Below are positions 12,701 to 24,439 of a stretch of DNA of 56,187 bases, piece after piece. The stretch covers positions 97,058,220 through 97,114,406 of the forward strand of contig NC_083413.1 of NCBI RefSeq assembly GCF_020745735.1, read 5' to 3'. The translations under genes and the position numbers were made by a program. Origin of the DNA: Hemiscyllium ocellatum. Its lineage: Eukaryota. The notes under the pieces were generated by a model, which had not been told where the DNA came from, ran no database searches, and saw only the letters and a list, made by a program, of their open reading frames with translations. Every line of letters begins with the position of its first letter. The stretch's first letter is position 1.

Positions 12701-15700
12701 TGTTCTCTATATTATACACAGACATTGGTGTTCTCTACATTATACACAGGGATATCTGTTCTCTTCATTAAACAAAGGGTGTGCACAGTCACTTCCGTTC
12801 TCTATATTATACACATGGACTACTGCTCTCTATTTGCGCACAGAGATTGCTGTTCTCTGTATAATACACAGCGACTCATATTCTCAATATGTACACAGGG
12901 ACAGCTGTTCTCTATACTATACACAGACACAGTTCTCTATACTATACACAGACACAGACAACATGCTGTTGTCTTCATGAAACACAAGGTGTCATGTACT
13001 GTTTATTAGACACAGCTTCTGCTGTTCTCTATATTAGAATGAGGGCCTGCTGTTCTCTAAACTAGACAGAGGGACTCTTGTTCCCTATATTAGACACAGG
13101 GACTGTTGCTCTCTAAATTAGACACAGCTTGTGCTGTTCTCTATATTATGCACAGGGATAGCTGTTCTCTGTATATGCAGTGAATCATGTTCTCTCTATT
13201 GTACACAGGGACTGCTGTTCTCTATATTATTCACAGGGCTTGCTGTTCCCTAAACTAGACACAGGGACTGTAGTACTCTATATTATACACGTAGACTGCT
13301 GCTCTCTATATTACTCACAGGGATAGCTGTTCTCGATATTATACACAATGACTCATGTTCTCTGTAGTGTACACAGGGACTTCTGTTCTCTATATTATTC
13401 ACAGAGCCTGCTGTTCTCTAAACTTGACAGAGGAGCTCTTGTTTTCTATATTATACACAGGGACTGCTGTTCTCTATATTATACACAGGGATAGCTGTTT
13501 TCTATATTATACACAGGGATAGCTGTTCTCTATATTATACACAGTGATTCTGGTTCTCTATATTGTACACAGGGATAGCTGTTCTCTATATTATACACAG
13601 TGATTCTGGTTCTCTATATTGTACACAGGGATAGTTGTTCTCTATATTATACACAGGGATAGTTGTTCTCTATATTGTACACAGTGACTCTGGTTCTCTA
13701 TATTTTACACAGAGACTGCTGATTTCTATATTATACAAAGACACTGGTTTTCCCTCCATTATACACAGGGACAGATGGTCTCTGTATTAAACACAGGGAT
13801 TGATGTTCTTTATATTAGACACAGCATCTTCTGATCTCTGTATTATACACAGGGACTGCTGTTCTCCATATTGTGCACAGGCACTGATGTTCTCTAAAGT
13901 ACACACAGGGACTGGTGTTCTCCATATTGTACACAGGGAATGCTGTTCTCTATATTGTACACAGGGACTGATGTTCTCTAAAATGGACACGGGGACTGCT
14001 GTTCTCTATATTATACACAGAGACTGCTCTTCTCATTATTAAACACGGGGACTGCTGTTCTTGGCACTGTACACAGGGACTGCTGTTCTCTATATTATAC
14101 ACAGGGGTATCTGTTCTCCATATTGTACACAGCATCTGCAGATCTCTATATTATGCACAGGCACTGATGTTCTCTAAAATAGACACAGGGACTGTTGTTC
14201 TCTACATTGTACACAGTGACTCATGTTCTCTATATTATACACAGGGACTGCTGTTCTCTGTATTGAATACAGGGATAGCAGTTCTCTATATTGTACTTAG
14301 GGATAGCTGTCCTCTATACTATATACAATGACTGCTGTTCTTTATATTATACACAGGGATAGCTGATCTCCATATTGTACTAAGGCTCTGCTGCTCTCTA
14401 TATTATACACAAAGAGTGCTGTTCACTTTCTTTATACTCAGGGACTGCTGTTTTCAATATTGTACAGAGGAACTACTGTTCCCTATATTGTACACAGGGG
14501 CTGCTGTTCTCTCTTATACACGGCACTATTGTTCTGTATAAATGACACAAGGACTGCTGTTTTCCGTATTATACGCAGGTAAAGCTGTTCTCTATATTAC
14601 ACAGACGGACTCCTGCTCTGTATACTATACACTGGGACAAGTTTTCTCTATATTATGCACATGACTTCTGTTCTCTATATTATGCACAGGGACTGCTGTT
14701 CTCTTTATTAAACACTGGGACTGCTTTTCTCTATATTATAGGTAGGGATGGCTGTTCTCTACACTCTACTCATGGACTGATCTTCGCTACAATGTTCTCA
14801 GTACTGCTGGTCTCTACACTTTACACATGGACTAGTGTTCTCTACCATATACTCAGGGACAACTGTTCCCTACATTATACATCGACTTGTGTTCTCTGAA
14901 ATAGACACAGGATCTGCTGTTCTCCACAATATACACAGGGACTATTGTTCTCCACATTATAAACAGGGTCTGCTGTTTTCTACATTATTCACAGGGTTCA
15001 CTGTTTTCTATATTATGCACAGTGAATGCTGTTCTTTATATTATTTACAGGCACTGCTGTTCTCTGTATTATACGCAGGGACTGACTCATGTTCTCCATA
15101 TTATACACACGGCCAGCTGCTCTCTATAACATACACAAGTACAAGTGTTCTCTGTATTATACACAGCGACTGCTGTTCTCTATATTATACACAGGGATTG
15201 CTGTTCTCTTTATTAAACACAGGGACTGCTGTTCTCTATATTATATGTCGGGATGGCTGTTCTCAACACTGTACACAGGGACTGCTCTTCCCTATGATAT
15301 ATGCAGGGCTGCTGTTCTCAACATTTTTCACAGGGACTAATGTTCTCTACCATAACATCAGGGACAGCTGTTCTCTACATTATACGCATCAACTTGTGTT
15401 CTCTACATGAGACACAGGATCTGCTGTTCTCCACAATATACACATGGACGTCTGTTCTCAACATTATAAACAGGGCCTGCTATTTTCCACATTATTCACA
15501 GGGTTTGCTGTTCCCTCTATTATGCACAGGGACAGCTATTCTACATATTATTCCCATTGACTGCTGTTCTTTATATTATTCACAAGCACTGCTGTTCTCT
15601 TTATTAAACGCAGGGATTCATGTTCTCTATATTATGCAGAGGGACTGCTTTCCTCTCTATTATACAATGGGACTGTTGTTCTCTGTATTAGACACAGGGA

Positions 15701-17579
15701 CTGCTATACTCTATATTATACACAAGCACTGCTGTCCTTTCCATTGCATGCAGGGATTGCTGTTCTCGACATTGCACACAGGAACTGCTGTTCTCTCCAT
15801 TATACACAGGGACTAATGTTCTCCATATTGTACATATGGACTGATGTGCGCTATAACATCACAGCGACTGCTGTCCTCTCCATTCTACACAGGACTGCTC
15901 CTCTGGAAAATAAACACAGAGACTGCCATTCTCTCTATCACACACAGGGACTACTCTTCTCTATATTAAACACAGTGACTGCTGTTCTCTATATCATACA
16001 CAGCCACTGGTATTCTCTAAAATAGGCATAGGGACTGCTGTGTATGTCATACACAGGGACTGCTGATTTCTGTATTTACTGCTATTCTCTACATTATACA
16101 TTGGGACGGCTATTCTGTGGAATAGACATTGGTACAGCTGTTCTCTGTTCTGTACACAGGGACTGCTGTTCTCTTTCATGAACTCAGGGGCTGCTGTACT
16201 CTATATTACACACAGTTTCTGGTGTTGTCTATAGTAAACAGAAGGACTGCTGTTCTCTATGTTATTCACAGGGACTGCTGTTCTCAACAATATACACAAG
16301 GACTACTGTTCTCCGCATTGTATACAGGAACTGATATTTTATACATTACAAACAGGGATTGCTGTTCCCTATATTAGACACAGCGACTGCTGTTATTATT
16401 ATGCACAGGTACATCTATTCTCTATATTATACACAGTGACTGTTGTTCCCTATATTCAACACAGAGCCTGCTGTTCTAAATATGAGACACAGAGACGGTT
16501 GTTCTCTACATTACACACATGCAGTGCTGTTCTTGAAAATAATCACAAAAATGCTGTTCTCTATATTTTACAGAGGACTGTTGTTCACTTTATTAAACAC
16601 AGAGACTGCTGTTCTCTGTAATATACTGAGGGACTGCTGTTCTTTATATTATTCAAAGGGACTGCTGTTTTCCGTATTATACAGAGGGACTGCTGTTTTC
16701 TATATTATACATATGACCTGCTGTTGTCAATATTGCACACAGGCACTAATGTTCTTTATAAAATTCACAGGCACTGCTGTTCTCTAAAATAGACAGAGGG
16801 AATGCTGTTCTTTATATTATATACAGGGCCTGCTTTTCTCTAAAATAGACACATGGACTGTTGTTGTCTATATTATACACAGGGACTGCTGCTCTCTATA
16901 TTACATACAGGGATAGCCGTTCTCTTTATTATACACAGTGACTGCTGTTCCCTATATTCTACACAGGGACTGCTTTTCTCTATATTATACACAGGGACCG
17001 CTGTTTTCTGTATTATACTCAGGGACTGCTGTTCTCTACATTATATATTGAACTGCTGTTGTCGATATTGCACACAGGGACTGCTGTTCTTTATATAAGA
17101 CACAGGTATTGCTGTTCTCTAAAATAGACAGAGGGACTGCTGTTCTCTATATTGTACACAGGGCCTGCTGTTCTCTAAAATAGTCACAGGGATAGCTGTT
17201 TTCTATATTATACACAGTGACTCATGTTCTCTATATTGTACACAGGGGCTGCTGTTTTCTATATTATACACAGGGACAGCTGTTCTCTTTATTAAACACA
17301 GGGATTCATATACTTTATATTAGACACAGCATCTGCTGTTCTCTATATTATACACAGGGAATGCTGTTCTTGACATTATACGGACAGAATGCTTTTCTCT
17401 ATATTATACACAGTGACTTCTGTTCTCCGTAATTTACACAGGGACCACTGTTCTTTATATTTTGCACAGGTACTGCAGTTCTCTATATTTTACACAGGGA
17501 CTGCTGTTCTTTATATTGTGCACAGGTACTGCAGTTCTCTATTTTACACAGGGAATGCTGATCTCTATACTATACACAG

Positions 17580-20000
17580 TCACTGCTGTTCTCTAAAATA
17601 GACAGAGGGACTGCTATTCTCTTTATTATACACAGAGATTGGTGTTCTCCATAAGGTACACAGGGACTGCTGTTCGCTGTCTGAGCACAGGGACTGCTGC
17701 TCTCTATATTATACACAGGGATAGCTGTTCTCTATATTATACACAGTGACTCCTACTCTCTATATTGTGCACAGGGACTGTTGTCCTCTCTATTAACCAC
17801 AGACACTTATGTTCTCTATATTATACATAGGGACAGCTGTCCTCTTCATTAAGTCATGTTCTTTGTATTGTGCACAGGCACTGCTGTTCTCTTTATTATA
17901 CACAGGGACTGCTGTTCATTATATTATGCTCAGGCACTGATGTTCTCTAAAATTGAGATGGGGACTGCAGTTCTCTATATATTATACACACATACTGCTG
18001 TTCTCATTAAACACAGGGACTATTGTTCTCAACTTTATACACAGAGACTGCTTTTCTCTATATTATACACAGGGACTGCTCTTCTTGTATTATACACAGG
18101 GACTTCTGTTCTTTGTATTATACAGAGGGACTGCTGTTTTCTGTATTATATAGAGGGACTGCTGTTCTCTACATTATAGATAGAAATTGCTGTTGTCTAT
18201 ATTGCACTCAGGGACTGGTATTCTTTATATAATGCACAGGCACTGCTGTCCTCTAAAATATACAAAAGGGAATGCTGTTGTCTATATTGTACACAGGGCC
18301 TGCTGTTCTCTAAAATAGACACAGGGGCCATTGCTGTCTATATTACACACAGGGATAGCTGTTCTTGAAATTATACACAGTGACTCTGTTCTCAATATTG
18401 TGCACAGGAACTGCTGTTCTCTTTATTGTACACAGACACTGGTGTTCTCTATATTGTACACAAGAATGGCTGTTATCTTTATTAAACACAGGGATTCATG
18501 CTCTTTATATTAGACACAGCATCTGCTCTTCTCTATATTATACACAGTGACAACTTTTCTCTGTATTGTACACAGGGACTGCTGTTCTTTGTGTTACACA
18601 CGGGCAATTCTGTTCTCTGAAATTGACACAGGAACAGCTGTTCTCTATGTTATACACAGAGACTGCTGTTCTCATGAGTAAATACAGGGACTGCTGTTCT
18701 CAACATTATACACAGAGACTGCGTTTCCTGATATTATACACAGGGTTTGCTGTTCTCTGTATTGCACAGAGGGATAGCTGTTGTCTATATCATACACAGG
18801 GATTGCTGTTCTCTATATTGTACATATGAACTGCTGTTGTCTATATTGCACACAGGGACTGCTGTTCTTTATATAATGCACAGGCACTGCTGTTCTCTAA
18901 AATAGACAGAGGGACTGCTATTCTCTATATTATACATAGAGATTGGTGTTCTCCATAAGGTACACAGGGACTGCTGTTCGCTGTCTTAGCACAGGGACTG
19001 CTGCTCTCTATATTATACACAGGAATAGCTGTTCTCTACATTATACACAGTGACTAATGTTCTTAATATTGTACACAGGAACTGCTGTTCTCTATATTAT
19101 GCACAGACACTGGTGTTCTCTAAAATAGACACAGTGATGCTGTTCTCTATATTACACACAGGGATAATTGTTCTCTATATTATACACAGTGACTCCTACT
19201 CTCCATATTGTACACAGGGACTGTTGTTCTCTATATTAACCACAGATACCTCTGTTCTCTATATTATACATAGGGACAGCTGTTCTCTTCATTAAACACA
19301 GGGAGTCATGTTCTTTGTATTGTGCACAGGCACTGCTGTTCTCTACATTTCGCACAGAGAAAGCTGTTCTCTATATTATACACAGCCACTCAATTCTCTA
19401 TATTGTACACAGAGACTGTTGTTCTCTATATTATGCACAGACACTGGTGTTCTCTATATTTTACACAGGGATGACTGATCTCTTCATTAAACACAGGGTG
19501 TCATGTGCTTTATACACAGAGACTGCTTTTCTCTATATTATACACAGGGACTGCTCTTCTTGTATTATACACAGGGACTTCTGTTCTTTGTGTTATACAG
19601 AGGGACTGCTGTTCTCTAGGTTATAGATAGAAATTGCTGTTGTTTATATTGCACTCAGGGACCGGTATTCTTTATATAATGTACAGGCACTGCTGTCCTC
19701 TAAAATATACAAAAGGGAATGCTGTTCTCTATGTTATACACAGGGCCTGCTGTTCTCTAAAATAGACACAGGGACCACTGCTCTCTATATTACACACAGG
19801 GATAGCTGTTCTTGAAATTATACACAGTGACTCTGTTCTCAATATTGTACACAGGAACTGCTGTTCTCTTTATTGTACACAGACACTGGTGTTCTCTATA
19901 TTGTACACAAGAATGGCTGTTATCTTTATTAAACACAGGCATTCATGCTCTTTATATTAGACACAGCATCTGCTCTTCTCTATATTATACACAGTGACAG
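17580..20000. repeat. Recent ~1.3-1.45 kb tandem duplication within the satellite
   Basis: Diagnostic variants ctccataaggtacacaggg...gttcgctgtct recur at ~17640 and ~18950. tagaaattgctgttg recurs at 18181 and 19628. Spurious ORFs 18365-18550 and 19812-19997 are near-identical (offset 1447). Confidence 0.85.
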
Positions 20001-20116
20001 CTTTTCTCTATATTGTACACAGGGACTGCTGTGCTTTCTATTCTCTGAAATTGACACAGGAACAGCTCTTCACTATATTATACATAGAGACTGCTGTTTT
20101 CAAGATTAAATACAGA

Positions 20117-23100
20117 GGTAGTTGGGTAACAGTTAGAGGTGGGAAGGGGAGGAAGCAGGCAATGCAGGGATCCCCTGTGGTCGTTCCTCTCAACAATAAG
20201 TATACCGCTTTGGATACTGTTGGGGAGGATGGCCTAGCAGGGGTAAGCTGCAGTGACCGGGTCTCTGGCACGGGGTCTGGTTCTGAGGCTCAGAAGGGAA
20301 AGGGGGAGAGGAGGAGAGCGCGAGTTATAGGAGACTCGATAGTTAGAGGGACAGACAGGCGGTTCTGTGGGCATGGGTGAGACTCTCAGATGGTTTGTCT
20401 CCTGGGTGCCAAGGTCCGAGACTTCTCGCACCGTGTCTTCAGAATCCTTAAGGGGGAGGGTGTGCAGCCAGCAGTCATGGTGCACATTGGCACCAACGAC
20501 ATAGGTAGGAAGAGGGATGGGGAGGTCATTCAGGAGCTCAGGGAGTCAGGCTGGAAACTAAAAGTTAGGACAGACAGAGTCGTCATCTCTGGGTTGTTGC
20601 CAGTGCCATGTGACAGTGAGGCAAGGAATAGGGTGCAGTTGAACATGTGGCTGCAAGGATGGTGTAAGAGGGAAGGCTTCAGGTATTTGGATAATTGGAT
20701 TGCATTCTGGGGAAGGTGGGACCTGTACAAGCAGGACGGGTTGCACCTGAACCAGAAGGGCACCGATATCCTGGGGGGTAGGTTTGCTTGCACTCTTCAG
20801 AGGGGGTTTAAACTAATTTGGCAGGGGGATGGGATCCGGACTTGTAGTCCAGCAAGTAGGTTAGCTGTTTTTCAGGATGTCCAAGAATGTAGGGAGGCTG
20901 TGGAGAAGGTAGCACTGACAGCGAATACTTGCGGACACAGAGATGGGTTCAAGTGTGTATACTTCACCTAAGGAGTATCAGAAATAAGGTGGGTGAACTT
21001 AAGGCGTGGATCTGTACTTGGGACTACGATGTTGTGGCCATCACAGAAATGTGGATAGAAGAGGGACAGGAATGGTTGTTGGAGGTTCCTGGTTACAGAT
21101 GTTTCAGTTAGATTAGTGAGTGTGGTAAAAAAGGAGGGGGTGTGGCTTTGCTAATTAGAAATAGTATAATGGCTGCAGAAAGGCAGTTCAAGGGGGATCT
21201 GCCTTTGGAGGTAGTATGGACTGAAGTCAGAAACAGGAAAGGAGCAGTCACCTTGTTGGGTGTTTACTATAGGCCCCCCAATAGCAGCAGGCAGATTAGG
21301 AAACAGATTTTGGAAAGGTGCAGATTAGTAGTCATGGGTGATTTCAACTTCCCAAATATTGATTGGAAGTTCTTTAGATCAAGTAGATTGGATGGGCCGG
21401 TGTTTGTGCAGTGTGTCCAGGAAGCTTTTCTAACTCAGTATGTAGATTGTCCAAACAGAGGGGAGGCCATATTGGATTTGGTACTCGGTAACGAACTGGG
21501 ACAGTGATGGGCTTGTTAGTGGGTGAGCATTTTGGTGATGGTGACCACAATTCTGTGACTTTCACCTTGGTTATGGAGAGAGATAGGTGCGTGCAACAGG
21601 GTAGGTTTTACAGTTGGGGGAAGGGTAAATACGAAGCTGCAGAGACAGGATCTGAGGAGCATGAGTTGGGAGCACAGGCTGTCAGGGAAGGATGTCATTG
21701 AAATGTGGACCTTTTTCAAGGAACAGATACGACGTGTCCTTGATATGTATGTACCTGTCAGGCAGGAAAGAGATGGTCGTGTGAGGGAACCTTGGTTGAT
21801 GAGGGAGGTTGAATGTCTTGTAAGGAAGAAGGAGACTTACATAAGGTTGAGGAAACAAGGTTCAGATGAGTGTTGGAGGGATACAGGATAGCCAGGAGGA
21901 AGCTGAAGAAAGGTATTAGGAGAGCTAAGAGAGGGCATGAGAAATCTTTGGCGGGTAGGATCAAGGATAACCCCAAGGCCTTTTATGGATATGTGAGAAA
22001 CATGAGAATGACGAGAACGAGGGTAGGTCCAATCAAGGACAGTAGTGGGAGACTGTGTATTGAGTCGGAAGAGATAAGAGAGGTCTTGAATGAGTACTTT
22101 TCTTCAGTATTTACAAATGAGAGGGACCGTGTTGTTGAAGAGGAGAGTATGAAACGGACTGGTGAGCTGGGGGAGATGTTTGTTAGGAAGGAAGATGTGT
22201 TGGTCATTTTGAAAAACTTGAGGATAGACAAGTCCCCCGGGCCTGACAGGATATATCCTAGGATTATGTGGGAAGCAAGAGAGGAAATTGCAGAGCCGTT
22301 GGCAATGATCTTTTTGTCTTTGCTGTCAATGGGGGTGGTACCAGGGGACTGGAGACTGGCGAGTGTTGTGCCCCTGTTCAAAAAAGGGAACAGGGATAAC
22401 CCCGGGAATTACAGGCCAGTTAGTCTTACTTCAGTGATAGGCAAAGTAATGGAAAGGGTACTGAGGGATAGGACTTATGAGTATCTGGAAAGACACTGCT
22501 TGATTAGGGACAGCCAGCACGGATTTGTGAGGGGTAGGTCTTGCCTTACAAGTCTTATTGAATTCTTTGAGGAGGTAACCAAGCATGTGGATGAGGGTAG
22601 AGCAGTGGATGTAGTGTGCATGGATTTTAATAAGGCATTTGATAAGGTTCCCCATGGTAGGCTTATGTGGAAAGTCAGGAGGCATGGGAGAGTGGGAAAT
22701 TTGGCCAGTTGGATAGAGAACTGGCTCACCGGTCGAAGTCAGAGAGTGGTGATAGATTGTAAATATTCAGCCTGGAGCCCAGTTACGAGTGGAGTTCCGC
22801 AGGAATCAGTTCTGGGTCCTCTGCTGTTTGTAATTTTTATTAATTACTTGGAAGAGGGAGTCGAAGAGTGGGTCAGTAAATTTGCAGACGATACGAAGAT
22901 AGGAGGAGTTGTGGATAGTGAGGAGGGCTGTTGTCAGCTGCAAAGGGACTTAGATATGATGCAGAGCTGGGCTGAGGAGTGGCAGATGGAATTCAACCTT
23001 GTCAAGTGTGAGGTTGTCCATTTTGGAAGGACAAATAAGAAGGCTGAATACAGGGTTATCGGTATGGTTCTTATTAAGGTGTAGGAGCAGAGGGATCTTG

Positions 23101-23754
23101 GGATCTATGTTCATAGCTCTTTGAAAGTTGCCACTCAGGTGGATAGAGCTTGTAAGAAGGCCTATGGCGTATTAGCGTTCATTAGCAGAGGGATTGAATT
23201 CAAGGGTCGTGAGGTGATGTTGCAGCTCTACAGGACCTTGGTAAGGAGTACTGTGTGCAGTTCTGGTCGCCTCACTTTAGGAAAGATGTGGAAGCTTTGG
23301 AGAGAGTGCAGAGGAGATTTACCAGGATGTTGCCTGGAATGGAGAATAGGTCGTACGAGGATAGGTTGAGAGTTCTCGGCCTTTTCTCATTGGAACGGCG
23401 AAGGATGAGGGTGACTTGATAGAGGTTTATAAGATGATCAGGGGAATAGATAAAGTAGACAGCCAGAGACTTTTTCCCCAGGTACAACAGAGTGTTACAA
23501 GTAGGCATAAATTTAAGGTGAAGGGTGGAAGGTATAGGGGGGATGTCAGAGATAGGTTCGTTACCCAGAGAATGGTGGGGGCATGGAATGCACTGCCTGT
23601 GGGAGTGGCAGAGTCAGAATCATTGGTGACCTTTAAGCGACAATTGGATAGGTACACGGATAGGTGCTTAAGCTAGGACAAATGTTCGGCACAACATCGT
23701 GGGCCGAAGGGCCTGTTCTGTGCTGTATTGTTCTATGTTCTTTTCTATGTTCTA
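20117..23754 (+). mobile_element. CR1-clade LINE (HER1-like), 5'-truncated in ORF1, ORF2 disrupted by frameshifts and stops
   Basis: ORF1 has SGNH esterase motifs (VIGDSIVRG, VHIGTNDIG, DGLHLN). ORF2 has AP-endonuclease motifs (VVAITEMW, YYRPPNS, VMGDFNFPNIDW, DHNSV) and RT motifs (NYRPVSLTS, QHGFVRGRSC, GVPQESVLGP, FADDTKIG). It ends with GGGCCGAAGGGCCTGTT and a (TTCTATG)n tail. ORF2 is broken into about seven track ORFs. Confidence 0.96.
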
Positions 23755-23944
23755 AGTTTCTAAAAATGCTTTTATTCTTAACATAAATGTTTGCTTAAAT
23801 TGACTTAATGGCACTTGATGACCATTTGCAGCTCCGAAAACAACAACTGCTGAAAGTGCAAGGGAGCTGGCGATTCTGGTTCTCCAGAAACTAAGAAGGT
23901 CATTGAAAAGTAAGCTGTTTACAATGTGTGACTGTCTACTAACA

Positions 23945-24170
23945 GCTAGCAGGTCTGGCTGTGTCTGTGGAGAGAAAGCAGAGTTAATGTTTTTAGTTGA
24001 ATGACTCCTGTTCAGAACTTCAGACCTCTCTGAAGAAGCATCACTTGACACAAGGTGAACTCTGCTTTCTGTCCACAGGTTGGACAGAATATATGCAAAA
24101 TATGTTGAGTTTCTCCAGCAACTTCTGTATATCTTTCAGATTGTCAACTTCCACAGTTTGTTATTTTACA
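23945..24170. mobile_element. Inverted pair of Penelope-type terminal repeat (pLTR-like) fragments, degenerate
   Basis: Left arm tgtggagagaaagcagagtt (~23965-23984) is the reverse complement of right arm aactctgctttctgtccaca (~24058-24077) at 19/20. The right arm begins ctgaagaag, a decayed hammerhead core. Confidence 0.6.
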
Positions 24171-24346
24171 TTAAAGAAATTATTGACTGGCACATAATCT
24201 TTGCTCTATTGTTAGTCGTGTAAAAAGGCATTTTAGGTGGAAGCTTGCAGTGAATGCTGCAGACCTGATGCTGGGACTGAAACCTGGAAGTTTTGGCATT
24301 TGCTAAGGATGGTATATTGCCAGCAATGACCAATGAAGAGATTCTT

Positions 24347-24439
24347 CATTGATGAAGGGCTTTTCCCCGAAACGGCGATTTTCCTGCTCCTCAGATGCTG
24401 CCTGACCTGCTGTGCTTTTCCAGCACCATTCTAATCTAA
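24347..24439 (+). mobile_element. 93-bp hammerhead-bearing mini-insertion (Penelope pLTR derivative) with 15-bp TSD
   Basis: TTGATGA-A-GGGC-TTTT-CCCC-GAAAC-GGC-GATT followed by ttcctgctcctcagatgctgcctgacctgctgtgcttttccagc. Flanked by exact AATGAAGAGATTCTT at 24332-24346 and 24440-24454. Confidence 0.85.

Larger units (their letters stand above)
1..20118. repeat. Complex ~28-bp satellite array, consensus CACAGGGACTGCTGTTCTCTATATTATA; continues past the left edge
   Basis: Continuous degenerate tandem copies of acacaggg-actgctgttctc-tatattat, with recurrent variants (cacagtgact, gggatagct, ctctaaaatagac, tttattaaac). Roughly 650-700 monomers estimated from length. Interrupted at ~415-1007 and 4003-4627. 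Confidence 0.95.

Noticed and set aside
27-20000. Dozens of + strand Cys/Tyr-rich ORFs (YTGTAVLYIIHRDCCSLYYTQGLLFSIL repeats)
   Set aside because: The 28-bp consensus has no stop codon in any + frame but has TAA and TAG on the minus strand. That alone explains the ORFs and their strand bias. There is no splice or start context.
1-20118. Possible CRISPR array (28-bp repeats)
   Set aside because: Repeats are head-to-tail without unique spacers, the context is vertebrate, and there are no cas genes.
19994-20380. ORF fusing satellite sequence to CR1 ORF1
   Set aside because: Chance read-through across the junction that ends at a premature stop in ORF1.
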